64,000 bases of DNA from Deltaproteobacteria bacterium (GCA_030622135.1 JAUXGL010000002.1:24-64023); one strand, 5' to 3'; shown: positions 11,041 to 20,115, counted from the first letter of the stretch. The notes: generated by a model not told the origin, from the letters alone. Made by a program: numbers and translations.

Positions 11041-11454
11041 ATGGAGCTGTTCAATCAGCGGGCTCCCATCGCCGAGACGTTTGGTATGAAGCTCTCCTTC
11101 GATGACGATGACCGCGCGAACGTCTCGCTTCCCTACAATGCCGCCCTGGATAACGCCATGGGGGGCGTTCACGGAGGGATCATCGCCACCCTTCTGGACA
11201 ATGCCGGTTGGTTCACCTGTGCCCTTGCCCGTGAAGGCGAGGGCTGGGTGGTCACCGCGGAGATGTCTTTCCACCTGTTCCGGCCCGTTTTGAAAGCGCA
11301 TCTGCTGGCCCGGGGAAGGCTCCTGAAATCCGGCAGCCGGCAGGACATCGCCGACATGCGCTGCTGGGACCAGGACAACAACCTGGTGGCCCATGCCACC
11401 GGGAGCTACGTCTACCTGGAGAACGTGCCCATCGAGAGGTCCCCCAAGCCATGA
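11041..11454 (+). CDS. PaaI-family hotdog-fold thioesterase
   Basis: The hotdog thioesterase motif GGVHGG(I)IATLLD is present. An RBS precedes the ATG at 11041, although the ORF track begins at 10990. Confidence 0.8.
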   Translation: MELFNQRAPIAETFGMKLSFDDDDRANVSLPYNAALDNAMGGVHGGIIATLLDNAGWFTCALAREGEGWVVTAEMSFHLFRPVLKAHLLARGRLLKSGSRQDIADMRCWDQDNNLVAHATGSYVYLENVPIERSPKP

Positions 11455-12215
11455 CGGCCGGATCCCAGGCTCTGGTCTCCGTCGTATCTCTCACCAAGAT
11501 ATTCAATGACCGCCAGCGCGGCCGGGAGGAGATTCGCGCCGTAGACGCGGTTTCCTTCGAAGCCCATGCGGGAGAGATCTTCGGGCTCCTGGGAGTCAAC
11601 GGCGCCGGCAAGACCACCACCCTGCGGCTTTTGGCCACCATGCTCAAGCCCACATCGGGGGAGGCCTCGGTCTGCGGCCACTCCATTTCGAAAGAGCCCC
11701 AGGCGGTCCGGCGCCGGATCGGCTTTATGTCCACGGCCACCAGCCTGTACGGACGATTGAGCGCCAAGGAGATGGTTACATACTTCGGGCGGCTCAACGG
11801 CATGAGCCGGGAGGCCATCGAGCAGCGGATCTTGGAGCTGTTCGACCTGTTCGGCATGAACGAGTTCCGGGACCGGCGTTGCGACAAGCTGTCAACGGGA
11901 ATGAAGCAGAAGGTCTCCATTGTCCGCACAGTTTTGCACGACCCCGAGGTGATGATCTTCGACGAGCCCACCGTCGGCCTGGACGTTCTCACCTCCCGCA
12001 CCATCGTGGACTTCGTAAAAGACTGCCGGACCCGGGGCAAATGCGTGCTTTTCTCCACCCACATCATGGAAGAGATGGAGAAGCTCTGCGACCGGGTGGG
12101 AGTGATCCACGACGGTAAGCTCCTGGCCTGCGAGCCGGTGGAGGCCCTGAAGTCCCGCACTCCCTCCGGCCGGGTGGAAGACGCGTTCGTCAAGCTGGTG
12201 GGAGAGCCGGCATGA
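11451..12215 (+). CDS. ABC transporter ATP-binding protein
   Basis: Walker A GVNGAGKTTT, the signature LSTGMKQK and Walker B IFDEPT are present. It overlaps the neighbouring genes. Confidence 0.9.
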   Translation: MTAGSQALVSVVSLTKIFNDRQRGREEIRAVDAVSFEAHAGEIFGLLGVNGAGKTTTLRLLATMLKPTSGEASVCGHSISKEPQAVRRRIGFMSTATSLYGRLSAKEMVTYFGRLNGMSREAIEQRILELFDLFGMNEFRDRRCDKLSTGMKQKVSIVRTVLHDPEVMIFDEPTVGLDVLTSRTIVDFVKDCRTRGKCVLFSTHIMEEMEKLCDRVGVIHDGKLLACEPVEALKSRTPSGRVEDAFVKLVGEPA

Positions 12216-13753
12216 GACTCGGCGCGATGTTCACAGCGCGGCTCCGCCGCAACCCAATGACCCGCGCAGTACTCTCGAAATTTGCGCGTGGCGCGCAAAT
12301 TTTGGCGGTTAGTAGTACAGTCTTTTGCAAGGAGCTCGTAGACGTCCTGCGCGACCGGCGCACCCTGATCTTCATGCTGGTCATCCCCACCGTCGCCATC
12401 CCCGTGCTCATGTGGGTGACCTCCGAGCTGATGACCCACTTCATGGAGAAGCTGGCCCGTGAGCAGGTGGACGTCCTGGTGCTCAACCCCGAAGCCGCGC
12501 CGGAACTGGTCGAGGAGGTCAAAAAGAGGGCCAACCCCCTGGGCCGGGCCCGGCGGGTGGCCGAGTTGCTGAAAGCGAAGGGCGTGGGCGAGAGCGAGCT
12601 GGCCATGACCAAGGGCGAGCCCCGGGCCTTCTTGCGGCTTCTGGAGAAAAAGGGCATCGACCCCGAGGAACTGGCCACAGAGCTCCGGGTCGCCGTTGAA
12701 GACTCCGACTTCAAACTCGAGCCCGGCGCCATCATCCAGAACGCCTTCCCCCCCAATTTCCGCCTGGTCACCGAATTGGATCCGCGGGATTACGACCATC
12801 CCGCAGAGCGGGAGCAAGTACTGCTGGAAGCCGTGCGCACCGACGAGATCGCCGCGGCCATCGAGTTCGCCGACGACGCATTGGAAAAGCTCGCATCCGG
12901 CGACTCTACCGAGATACGAGTTTACTACCTCGACGCCTCCGACCGCTCGAGCACGGCTTTGTCCGGCCTGCGGCGCATATTCAAATCCTTGGGCAAACAG
13001 ATGGTTGCGGAGCGGCTCCTTTCAAAGGAGCTTCCCGCCGGCTTCGCCAACCCGGTGAAGGTCCGTCCCGAGCGTCTCCCCGGCCCCGGCATGTTAGTCA
13101 AGTTCCTCTCGCAGATTCTTCCCTACATGATTTTGATCTTCGCTTTCATGGGAGCCATGTACCCGGCCATCGACCTGGGCGCGGGAGAAAAGGAGCGCGG
13201 CACTCTGGAGACGCTCCTGGTGGCGCCGGTGAGTCGGCTCTCCATCGTCCTGGGCAAGTTCGGCGTGATCCTGGTGGCCGCCCTGGTCTCCGCGGTCCTG
13301 GCCACCATCAGCCTCTCGGTGTCGTTGTATCTGGGCATCTTCTCCACCATCTCCCTGGTCAGCGGTGGCTCCTTCTCCTTCAGCATCCAAGAGGCCCTGG
13401 TTGCCCTGCTGATGATCGTCCCCATCAGCGGCATCTTCGCCGCCCTGCTCTTGGCCCTGTCCATCTTCGCCAAGAGCTTCAAGGAGGGCCAGTCCTACGC
13501 CAGCCCCCTGCAGATGGTCATCATCATGCCCGCCTTCGTCTCTTTCGTTCCCGGCGTCAAGCTGGACTGGCTAATGGCTTCCATCCCGGTAGTCAATGTC
13601 TCCCTGGCGCTGAAAGAAATCTTCACCGGCAACCTGGACCAGCACTGGGCCCACGTGGGCGTAATCTTCCTATCCACCAGCATCTTCGCCGGCCTGCTGC
13701 TCTGGTTCGCCACCTGGTGGTTCCAGCGCGAGCAGGTGCTGTTTAGGAGCTAA
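12212..13753 (+). CDS. ABC-2 type transporter permease (large periplasmic/cytoplasmic loop + 6 TM)
   Basis: One N-terminal TM is followed by a large soluble domain and a C-terminal ABC-2 permease-like TM bundle. It is translationally coupled to the ATPase. Confidence 0.7.
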   Translation: MRLGAMFTARLRRNPMTRAVLSKFARGAQILAVSSTVFCKELVDVLRDRRTLIFMLVIPTVAIPVLMWVTSELMTHFMEKLAREQVDVLVLNPEAAPELVEEVKKRANPLGRARRVAELLKAKGVGESELAMTKGEPRAFLRLLEKKGIDPEELATELRVAVEDSDFKLEPGAIIQNAFPPNFRLVTELDPRDYDHPAEREQVLLEAVRTDEIAAAIEFADDALEKLASGDSTEIRVYYLDASDRSSTALSGLRRIFKSLGKQMVAERLLSKELPAGFANPVKVRPERLPGPGMLVKFLSQILPYMILIFAFMGAMYPAIDLGAGEKERGTLETLLVAPVSRLSIVLGKFGVILVAALVSAVLATISLSVSLYLGIFSTISLVSGGSFSFSIQEALVALLMIVPISGIFAALLLALSIFAKSFKEGQSYASPLQMVIIMPAFVSFVPGVKLDWLMASIPVVNVSLALKEIFTGNLDQHWAHVGVIFLSTSIFAGLLLWFATWWFQREQVLFRS

Positions 13754-13897
13754 ACGGGGGACTTTCACCCCCCGCCCCCCCCGCTCATCCCGGCACGCGC
13801 TTGGCTCCCCTCCGCCTTGAAAAACATTTTGCCGGATCGGTTGATTTGTGCAACATTGGGGCCAACAGACGCAGTGCCAGCCAACCACAGGAGAGAC

Positions 13898-14140
13898 ATG
13901 CAGGGTAAAACCGTGTCGGAGCTGATTGGCGACGTTTTGTCCAGTTATCTTGGACCGAACACCGCCAAGACCGCCGTGAAGACCTTTTCTAAAAAGGAGT
14001 TGGGCCTATCACCGGAAAAACTGACCGCCACGAATGTGCCTAAGCTCATGGACGGCATGCGACCCATGTTACGGACGCTTCTGGGTGAAGACGTGACCGA
14101 AGTCCTGGTTGCGATTATTCAGCGCGAGGTGGGGCAATGA
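13898..14140 (+). CDS. Conserved 80-aa soluble protein, copy 1 of duplicated module
   Basis: MQGKTVSELIGDVLSSYLGPNTAK… is 100% identical at the protein level to copy 2, with only synonymous DNA differences. It overlaps the downstream membrane gene (ATGA). Confidence 0.65.
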   Translation: MQGKTVSELIGDVLSSYLGPNTAKTAVKTFSKKELGLSPEKLTATNVPKLMDGMRPMLRTLLGEDVTEVLVAIIQREVGQ

Positions 14141-14955
14141 AACTGCGTCTGTTGCTGGTGTTTCCGGTTCTGCTGACAATTGGGTACTTGCTGCTGGAGC
14201 TTTTTTTCGGAAAGGACCTATGGTTTGCATCTTCTGTAAAATATTTCATCACTTTCGGGGATGCGCTGGCTTGTCTGGGGTTTACTGCGGCGGCCCTTAG
14301 ATTCAAAGCCGGCGAGCATCTGCGCCGGGCGTGGTTGTTCATGGCCCTGTGTATGTTCACGTTCGTTTGCCTCCGATTCGTCGATGTATTTACGTTTGAT
14401 TCTGTATTTGGCTTGAGCGAGGACGTAAAGAATGCAATCCGAGGCGGCGTCAGCGTTTTGGCCAACATCTTCTGGGTTGTTGGCTTGTGGAAGTTGGCCA
14501 GAGTCATGCATATGACCGGCCTGGGTTTTGGTGTCTCTAAATGGGACCAGCGTCTGGTGCTTGGCCTCGGGATCCTGTTGGGGGTTACCTTTGGCGGCTC
14601 GTCGGTTGTAACCGGTGTGATCGCTGTTATGGACGGCAATCTTTTTGCTTTGAACTGGTTGGCGGCCGGGCTGGCGGATGTCATGGTCCTTTGCTTGATC
14701 GCACCTTTGTTTTTGACTGCTCTGGCCATGCGGGGTGGTTTGTTGGTTTGGCCCTGGGGGTTGCTGGTCGCCTGTTTGCTCGGGTGGCTCTTTGTCGACG
14801 CCTTTCAATCATTGGGCCAGATAGTCGATCTCGACCCTCTAGTCCAAAGGTGTACCATGATCACCTCTCGGACTTGGGCCTGTGCGTTTGGTTTCTCGGC
14901 CGGCATGGCTCAACGAATGATTTTGGGTAGACGCTTCACCGATAAAATCAAATGA
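14137..14955 (+). CDS. Polytopic membrane protein (about 8 TM), copy 1 of duplicated module
   Basis: A 272-aa hydrophobic ORF, roughly 70-75% identical to the paralog at 15251..16069. Confidence 0.65.
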   Translation: MKLRLLLVFPVLLTIGYLLLELFFGKDLWFASSVKYFITFGDALACLGFTAAALRFKAGEHLRRAWLFMALCMFTFVCLRFVDVFTFDSVFGLSEDVKNAIRGGVSVLANIFWVVGLWKLARVMHMTGLGFGVSKWDQRLVLGLGILLGVTFGGSSVVTGVIAVMDGNLFALNWLAAGLADVMVLCLIAPLFLTALAMRGGLLVWPWGLLVACLLGWLFVDAFQSLGQIVDLDPLVQRCTMITSRTWACAFGFSAGMAQRMILGRRFTDKIK

Positions 14956-15011
14956 TACTTTAGGTTTTGCACATAACGGCAGAGAAAGTGCAAGCTATCC
15001 ACTGGAGAGAC

Positions 15012-15254
15012 ATGCAAGGTAAAACCGTGTCGGAGCTGATTGGCGACGTTTTGTCCAGCTATCTTGGGCCGAACACCGCCAAGACCGCGGTGAAGACCTT
15101 TTCTAAAAAGGAGTTGGGCCTATCACCGGAAAAACTGACCGCCACGAATGTGCCTAAGCTCATGGACGGCATGCGACCCATGTTACGGACGCTCCTGGGT
15201 GAAGACGTGACCGAAGTCCTGGTTGCGATTATTCAGCGCGAGGTAGGACAATGA
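15012..15254 (+). CDS. Conserved 80-aa soluble protein, copy 2
   Basis: Its protein sequence is identical to copy 1. Confidence 0.65.
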   Translation: MQGKTVSELIGDVLSSYLGPNTAKTAVKTFSKKELGLSPEKLTATNVPKLMDGMRPMLRTLLGEDVTEVLVAIIQREVGQ

Positions 15255-16069
15255 AACTGTGTCTGTTGCTGGTGTTTTCCGTTCTGTTGACAATTGGGTA
15301 CTTGTTGATGGAGCTTTTTTTCGGAAAGGACCCGTGGTTTGCATTTTTTTCAGGATACTTCACCACTGTCGGTGATGCGCTGGCTTGTCTGGGGTATGCC
15401 GTGGCGGCCTTTAAATTCAAAGCCGGCGAGCATCTGCGCCGGGCGTGGCTTTTCTTGGCCCTGACTTTCTTCTTGTTCGTTTGCCTCCGATTCTTAGATC
15501 GATTTCTATTTGAATTGTTATTTGGCTTGACCGCGGGCGAAATCGATGTAGCCCTGGGTAGCTCCTGCGTCTTGGCCAACATCTTCTTGGCTATCGGCTT
15601 TTGGAAGTTGGCCAGAGTCATGCATATGACCGGCCTGGGCTTTGGTGTCTCTAAACGCAAACAGCGTCTGGTGCTCGCCGTCGGGATCCTGTTGGGGGTT
15701 ACCTTTGGCGGCTCGTCGGTTGTAACCGGTGTGATCGATGTTGTGTTCGGCGATTTTTATTCTTTGAACTGGGTTGCCTCCGGGCTGGCGGATGCCTTTT
15801 GCCTTTGTTTGATCGCACCTTTGTTTTTGACTGCTCTGGCCATGCGGGGTGGTTTGCTGGCTTGGCCCTGGGGACTGTTAACCGTAAGTGTGCTCGGTTG
15901 GCTCCTGGTCGATGCCTCTCAAGCATATGCTCTGGTAGTCGATCTCGACCCTATAACCCTGAGGTGTGTCAAAATCACGGCTCGGACCATGGCCTGTGCG
16001 TTTGGTTTCTCGGCCGGCATGGCTCAACGACTGGTTTTGGGTAAACGATTCACCGATAAAATCAAATGA
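15251..16069 (+). CDS. Polytopic membrane protein, copy 2
   Basis: A paralog of 14137..14955 with the same length, the same start-overlap architecture and the same C-terminal RFTDKIK. Confidence 0.65.
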   Translation: MKLCLLLVFSVLLTIGYLLMELFFGKDPWFAFFSGYFTTVGDALACLGYAVAAFKFKAGEHLRRAWLFLALTFFLFVCLRFLDRFLFELLFGLTAGEIDVALGSSCVLANIFLAIGFWKLARVMHMTGLGFGVSKRKQRLVLAVGILLGVTFGGSSVVTGVIDVVFGDFYSLNWVASGLADAFCLCLIAPLFLTALAMRGGLLAWPWGLLTVSVLGWLLVDASQAYALVVDLDPITLRCVKITARTMACAFGFSAGMAQRLVLGKRFTDKIK

Positions 16070-16217
16070 TACTTTAGGTTTTGCATGCACGGAGCGTCGG
16101 ACGGTTCTTGGCCGTCCTCATTGCGTTGTGGCTGGCTGCGCGGGCCCTTAGCCGGGTCGCTGACGGCTTGTTTGTCGGTTCCAGACGCGCTAGGTTCCAC
16201 CTGCGTTTTTTGGAGGC

Positions 16218-16775
16218 TTGACGATGCAAAAGGTTGAAGTCTGGTTGGTTCGGCACGGGCAGACCGATCACAACGCCCAGGGTCGGCTGAGTGGTTGGAC
16301 CGATGCGGCCTTGACCGAATTGGGACGCGATCAAGCCCGCTGGCTTAGAAAGCACATCGAAGCGGAGTCATTCGATAGCGTCTGGTCTTCCGACTTGGGT
16401 CGAGCCAGGGACACGGCCCAATTGGCCTGGGGTTCTTCGGTAGCTACCGATCGTCGTCTGCGGGAGATTCATTTCGGCGATCTGGAGGGGGAGACTTTCC
16501 AGGGCCTGGATAAAAAAAACCAGGACGCCCTGTTGACCTTCAGCGGCTTTAGTGCTCCGGGTGGTGAAAGCGTCGAACAGTTGGAAGAAAGAGTAACGGA
16601 GTTTATGGATTCTCTGGCGCCGGGCCGGCATCTCCTCTTCACCCACGGCGGCGTTATCCGCTGCGTGATGCATCGGTTGCTCAACACCCAGTGTTTCTTA
16701 CCCAACGGCTCCCTGGTGGCGGTCGACTGGATCCCGAGAAAGCTGATCTTCGTTCGTGAGAACGAATTAAGGTAA
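16218..16775 (+). CDS. Histidine phosphatase family protein (phosphoglycerate mutase / alpha-ribazole phosphatase-like)
   Basis: The RHGQTDHN catalytic motif (VWLVRHGQTDHNAQGRLSGWTD) is present. Confidence 0.8.
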   Translation: MTMQKVEVWLVRHGQTDHNAQGRLSGWTDAALTELGRDQARWLRKHIEAESFDSVWSSDLGRARDTAQLAWGSSVATDRRLREIHFGDLEGETFQGLDKKNQDALLTFSGFSAPGGESVEQLEERVTEFMDSLAPGRHLLFTHGGVIRCVMHRLLNTQCFLPNGSLVAVDWIPRKLIFVRENELR

Positions 16776-16860
16776 AACAGTGACGGGGCCGATTGGTGGT
16801 ATCCGTTCAGGCTGTCTGGTTATCTTGGGCCGAACATCGCCAACCCCGTAGCCGATCCGA

Positions 16861-17430
16861 TCAGGGTTTCTTCAGCACGGCCAGGTAGTTGCGAAACTCC
16901 GCCTTCAGCGCGGTGTACTCTCGGTGATCCACCTGGAGCTCCGAGGCGATCTGACGGATCTCGTTGTCCTCCACCGAGGATATGGACAAGTCGGCGGCGG
17001 AGACGGCGAACAGGCAGCGGAGCAGGCCCAGCTTTTGCTCGCGCGTGGCCAGCTGGCCGAACTCCCGGGTAACCAAGAAGTTCTCGGTGCCGCCGAAAAG
17101 CTTTGCGTGGGTCTTGGCCATCTGCACCACCAGGATGGCCAGCTCCGCGTCGAGACCTCCCTGCTCCAACACGATGCGCTCCATGGCCCGGGTCTCTTCC
17201 TCGCTGATGTTCAAGTCGGCATGGGCGACACGAGACAAGAGATACGCGAACGAGGCGATGTACTTGGCCCGCTCGGGTTCCATCCGGTCGAGCTTTTGTA
17301 CTATCTGACGGACAGATTCCGTATCCGCGGACGGTTCTTCCTCTTTCTTCTTCTTGGAAAGGCCCAGAAAATCGAGTATGGACATGTCTCCCTCCGGCGG
17401 CAGTATCGCGGACATAGATGTGATTGACAA
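16861..17430 (-). CDS. TerB-like (tellurite-resistance TerB family) protein
   Basis: It is an all-helical protein with paired acidic motifs typical of TerB/DUF533-like domains. The true start may be the internal Met of MSILDFLGL. Confidence 0.5.
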   Translation of the reverse strand: MSITSMSAILPPEGDMSILDFLGLSKKKKEEEPSADTESVRQIVQKLDRMEPERAKYIASFAYLLSRVAHADLNISEEETRAMERIVLEQGGLDAELAILVVQMAKTHAKLFGGTENFLVTREFGQLATREQKLGLLRCLFAVSAADLSISSVEDNEIRQIASELQVDHREYTALKAEFRNYLAVLKKP

Positions 17431-17455
17431 GCCCGTTCCTTCCTCAATATAAGGG
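17350..17455. repeat. Direct repeat copy A (about 95 bp, spans the 5' end and upstream region of the TerB gene)
   Basis: It aligns at about 85% identity with 20012..20115 (…aagcccagaaaatcgagtatggacatgtctcc…gatgtgattgacaagccc…). Confidence 0.85.
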
Positions 17456-17647
17456 CGTTGTCAAGTATTTTGACCTGTTCGTTGACTTGTTCTAGGCAGC
17501 AGACTCCAAAAGCTGACTCCAAAAGCGTGGGAAATGGCGAACAGGCGCTGGCCGAACTCAGAAGAGCTGACGAGATACTCAAAACCAGCAAATGATACCT
17601 AAACAACTTGACAACGTCCCATTTCCGTACTTTCCGTCCCTTCGGTC

Positions 17648-18484
17648 GTGACCGTGACTGGGAAACCGGTGAAACCTGCTGTGCACACTTCCGATCACTC
17701 CACACACCCTGAAACCTGTGCATACTGCGGAGCCGTCCTGGATGAGAATTACTACTTCTGTCTTTCCTGTGCGACACCGTATAAAAGCGTTGAGTCTGTT
17801 CTGCCGCCTGCGCGCCCGGCGCCGCCGACCACGGGTTTCTTGATCGCCAAGAAAGCGCCCCATGTGATGCCCCTTTTCTGGACGTATGTGGCGGTCGTCG
17901 TGGGAACTGCACTGTTTAGCTTCTTCGTATTCGGAGAGCGACAACTGGAGCTTGTGCTGATTTTTCAAACGCTTGCGGTTTTTGTCACCACTTGTGTTTT
18001 TGCCAAGATACACTGGTCGTCACTGATGGTGCAGTTTAGGCGTTTCGGCTTTCTCAAAAAAGAAGCTGTGCTGGGGTTGATGGCTCTGGTGCCGTTGTTG
18101 GCCGTCAATTATTATATATACCACAGTTGGCTAGTGGATGGGTGGGGCGTCAAGGAGACGTTGCCAATTCTCCGCCTGCGCGACTCTGGCCTGGGAGAGC
18201 CTGCTTTGATCCTGCTTTTCTGTGTCTTCCCTGCTGTCACCGAGGAGATCGCATTCCGTGGGCTCGTCCAGCACTGGCTACAGATCGCCGTATCTCCGTT
18301 CTACGCGACGGCGCTGGCGTCGCTCCTCTTCACTGCACTGCATTTTTCAGTTTTCAGCGCGCCATACATCTTCGTCTTGGGAATGGTACTCGGCTGGGTG
18401 AAGCGGGAAACCAACAGCCTCTATCCATCCATGGCGATGCATTTCCTTCATAATCTGGTCGTTATTGATTTTTTTTCACACTGA
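17648..18484 (+). CDS. CPBP-family intramembrane metalloprotease (CAAX protease/Abi family) with N-terminal zinc-ribbon
   Basis: The CPBP motifs EEIAFRG…, FTALHF and HFLHN are present. The N-terminus has CAYCGAVLDENYYFCLSCATPY (CxxC…CxxC), and the start codon is GTG. Confidence 0.75.
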   Translation: MTVTGKPVKPAVHTSDHSTHPETCAYCGAVLDENYYFCLSCATPYKSVESVLPPARPAPPTTGFLIAKKAPHVMPLFWTYVAVVVGTALFSFFVFGERQLELVLIFQTLAVFVTTCVFAKIHWSSLMVQFRRFGFLKKEAVLGLMALVPLLAVNYYIYHSWLVDGWGVKETLPILRLRDSGLGEPALILLFCVFPAVTEEIAFRGLVQHWLQIAVSPFYATALASLLFTALHFSVFSAPYIFVLGMVLGWVKRETNSLYPSMAMHFLHNLVVIDFFSH

Positions 18485-18529
18485 TGATAATTCAATTTCC
18501 GTTATACATATGGAAGGAGGTGATTCATC

Positions 18530-19096
18530 ATGGACTTCGGAGTGTATCTGATTGCTAGTGTAATCTGCGGAATCATCGCAGCCGTAATCGCTTCTGGCAA
18601 GGGGAGAAACGGCTTGGGTTGGTTTTTTGGAGGATTCTTCCTGGGAATCGTCGGCATCGTCATCGTGGCCGTCATTCCCAACCTGAAGCAGGAAAAGGCC
18701 CGGTGGGAGGAGGATGACATCGAGCAGCACCGCCTGCGCGAGCGAATGAAACAGGAAAAAATTAAGAACGAGTCGTTTCGCGGTCACGCGGCCGGACGTC
18801 TCGATGCCCACGACGGTGCTCTCGGCATGGATACCCGCTCGATTCAAGGCCCACCTCCAACACCCGGTATGCTGACAGAGGGGCTTCAGAGATCGGGGCC
18901 TCCGCCAAACCCGTCAGAGGCCATCTGGTATTACGACCTCAACGGAGAAACCCGTGGGCCCGTATCGGAGACAGATATCAAGGCGATGCTTCGGTCCAGG
19001 CAAATCGGGGGCACTACGATACTGTGGTCCGAGAGTATGAGTGAGTGGACGCCTGCAAAACAGATTGAGACGTTTCGCTCCGTGGCAGGTTCATGA
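18530..19096 (+). CDS. Membrane protein (2 TM) with C-terminal GYF-like/DUF4339-type domain
   Basis: It has N-terminal TM helices and a C-terminal AIWYYDLNGETRGPVSETDIKAMLRSRQI…WSESMSEWTPAKQIETF, which resembles the GYF-like fold. Confidence 0.5.
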   Translation: MDFGVYLIASVICGIIAAVIASGKGRNGLGWFFGGFFLGIVGIVIVAVIPNLKQEKARWEEDDIEQHRLRERMKQEKIKNESFRGHAAGRLDAHDGALGMDTRSIQGPPPTPGMLTEGLQRSGPPPNPSEAIWYYDLNGETRGPVSETDIKAMLRSRQIGGTTILWSESMSEWTPAKQIETFRSVAGS

Positions 19097-19995
19097 ACCA
19101 AAAAACCGAGGGCACCGCAGCTCTCGACGGCATCCTCGATGGCAAGATCCCAGACCGGGACGAAGTCGAGGATCGCCTCCGGGAATGGATCAGCTTTGCG
19201 GCATCAATAAATCTGCAGTTCAATCTCGAAATAGACGGCAACTCGTTCAATCTCCTCGCCGATAACAAACCGTTCCCGGCAAAGGACATAGAACCGGACT
19301 TGACCAGTACGGTTTCGAGTGCCTTAAGCGAGCTTCTCAGGATCTTCAACAAGGAAGAGAGGCGGAGGGTTTTCTCGACAATTCGGAGCATTGAATATAG
19401 GAAGGGCGTGGAGACTCAAACCCTTTTTACAGTCGGGCCCGACGGGGAGATCCACACCCGATCGAGAACCGCCGAAGCCCAAACTACCGCTGCGCCTCGT
19501 CCGTATACCCGCAAGGAGAAAATCCGCACCGGAGTCATCGTTGGCGCTTCCGCCCTGGTGGCTTTCGCAATCTCCGCACTCTTCGTAGATTACGGTTCTC
19601 TATTCAACCGCACCTTCGAGCGAGTCAAAACCTTTCGTGCCGCCGGGCTGGAAGTCGAAAACAAAATTTTCCACGCTTACTTTACCGTCGAGAAGAAAAC
19701 CGCAGTAGGCGGGGGGAAAACGCTGCTGCTCGTATTGAAGCGAGGCGAGGCGTTCCCGAAAGCTGACTCTGACTTCGAGCAACTGATCACCGACTCACCG
19801 GGCTCCATTTCCGCTCGTGTGACCATCGAGGCGCTCGCGCGCGGCTACGTACGGTGTGAGTTTTACGACCAGCAGGGCAAATTCCTGAGTTTCTACATGC
19901 AAAGGATCTCTGGTCTCAGGCAAAATCAGACCATTGAGCTAAACATACCGCTTCCCAGCCAAAAACGCCCTGAGCGCTTGATTATCACTTACTAG
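19093..19995 (+). CDS. Hypothetical protein with one internal TM helix
   Basis: It is translationally coupled to the previous gene (ATGA). I recognise no family. Confidence 0.5.
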   Translation: MNQKTEGTAALDGILDGKIPDRDEVEDRLREWISFAASINLQFNLEIDGNSFNLLADNKPFPAKDIEPDLTSTVSSALSELLRIFNKEERRRVFSTIRSIEYRKGVETQTLFTVGPDGEIHTRSRTAEAQTTAAPRPYTRKEKIRTGVIVGASALVAFAISALFVDYGSLFNRTFERVKTFRAAGLEVENKIFHAYFTVEKKTAVGGGKTLLLVLKRGEAFPKADSDFEQLITDSPGSISARVTIEALARGYVRCEFYDQQGKFLSFYMQRISGLRQNQTIELNIPLPSQKRPERLIITY

Positions 19996-20011
19996 AAACC
20001 ATCTCTCTTTT

Positions 20012-20115
20012 TTCTTCTTCAAGCCCAGAAAATCGAGTATGGACATGTCTCCCCCCGGCGACAGTATCCATAACGCAGATGTGATTGACAAGCCCACCAC
20101 TTCCTTCATATAAGG
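20012..20115. repeat. Direct repeat copy B; contains a relic of the TerB 5' end (…GGDMSILDFLGLKKKKE…) on the minus strand
   Basis: It aligns with copy A. The minus-strand translation reproduces the TerB N-terminal peptide and then diverges. Confidence 0.85.

Larger units (their letters stand above)
13817..16075 (+). repeat. Tandem duplication of about 1.13 kb: two copies of a [small protein + membrane protein] cassette
   Basis: Region 13817-14960 aligns with 14967-16075. The small gene is about 97% identical at the nucleotide level between copies and the membrane gene is clearly more diverged. Confidence 0.9.

Noticed and set aside
17440-20010. Calling the repeat-flanked block a defined mobile element, such as a transposon or integrative element
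   Set aside because: No transposase, integrase or recombinase gene and no terminal inverted repeats were seen. Only the direct duplication is reported, with the mechanism left open.
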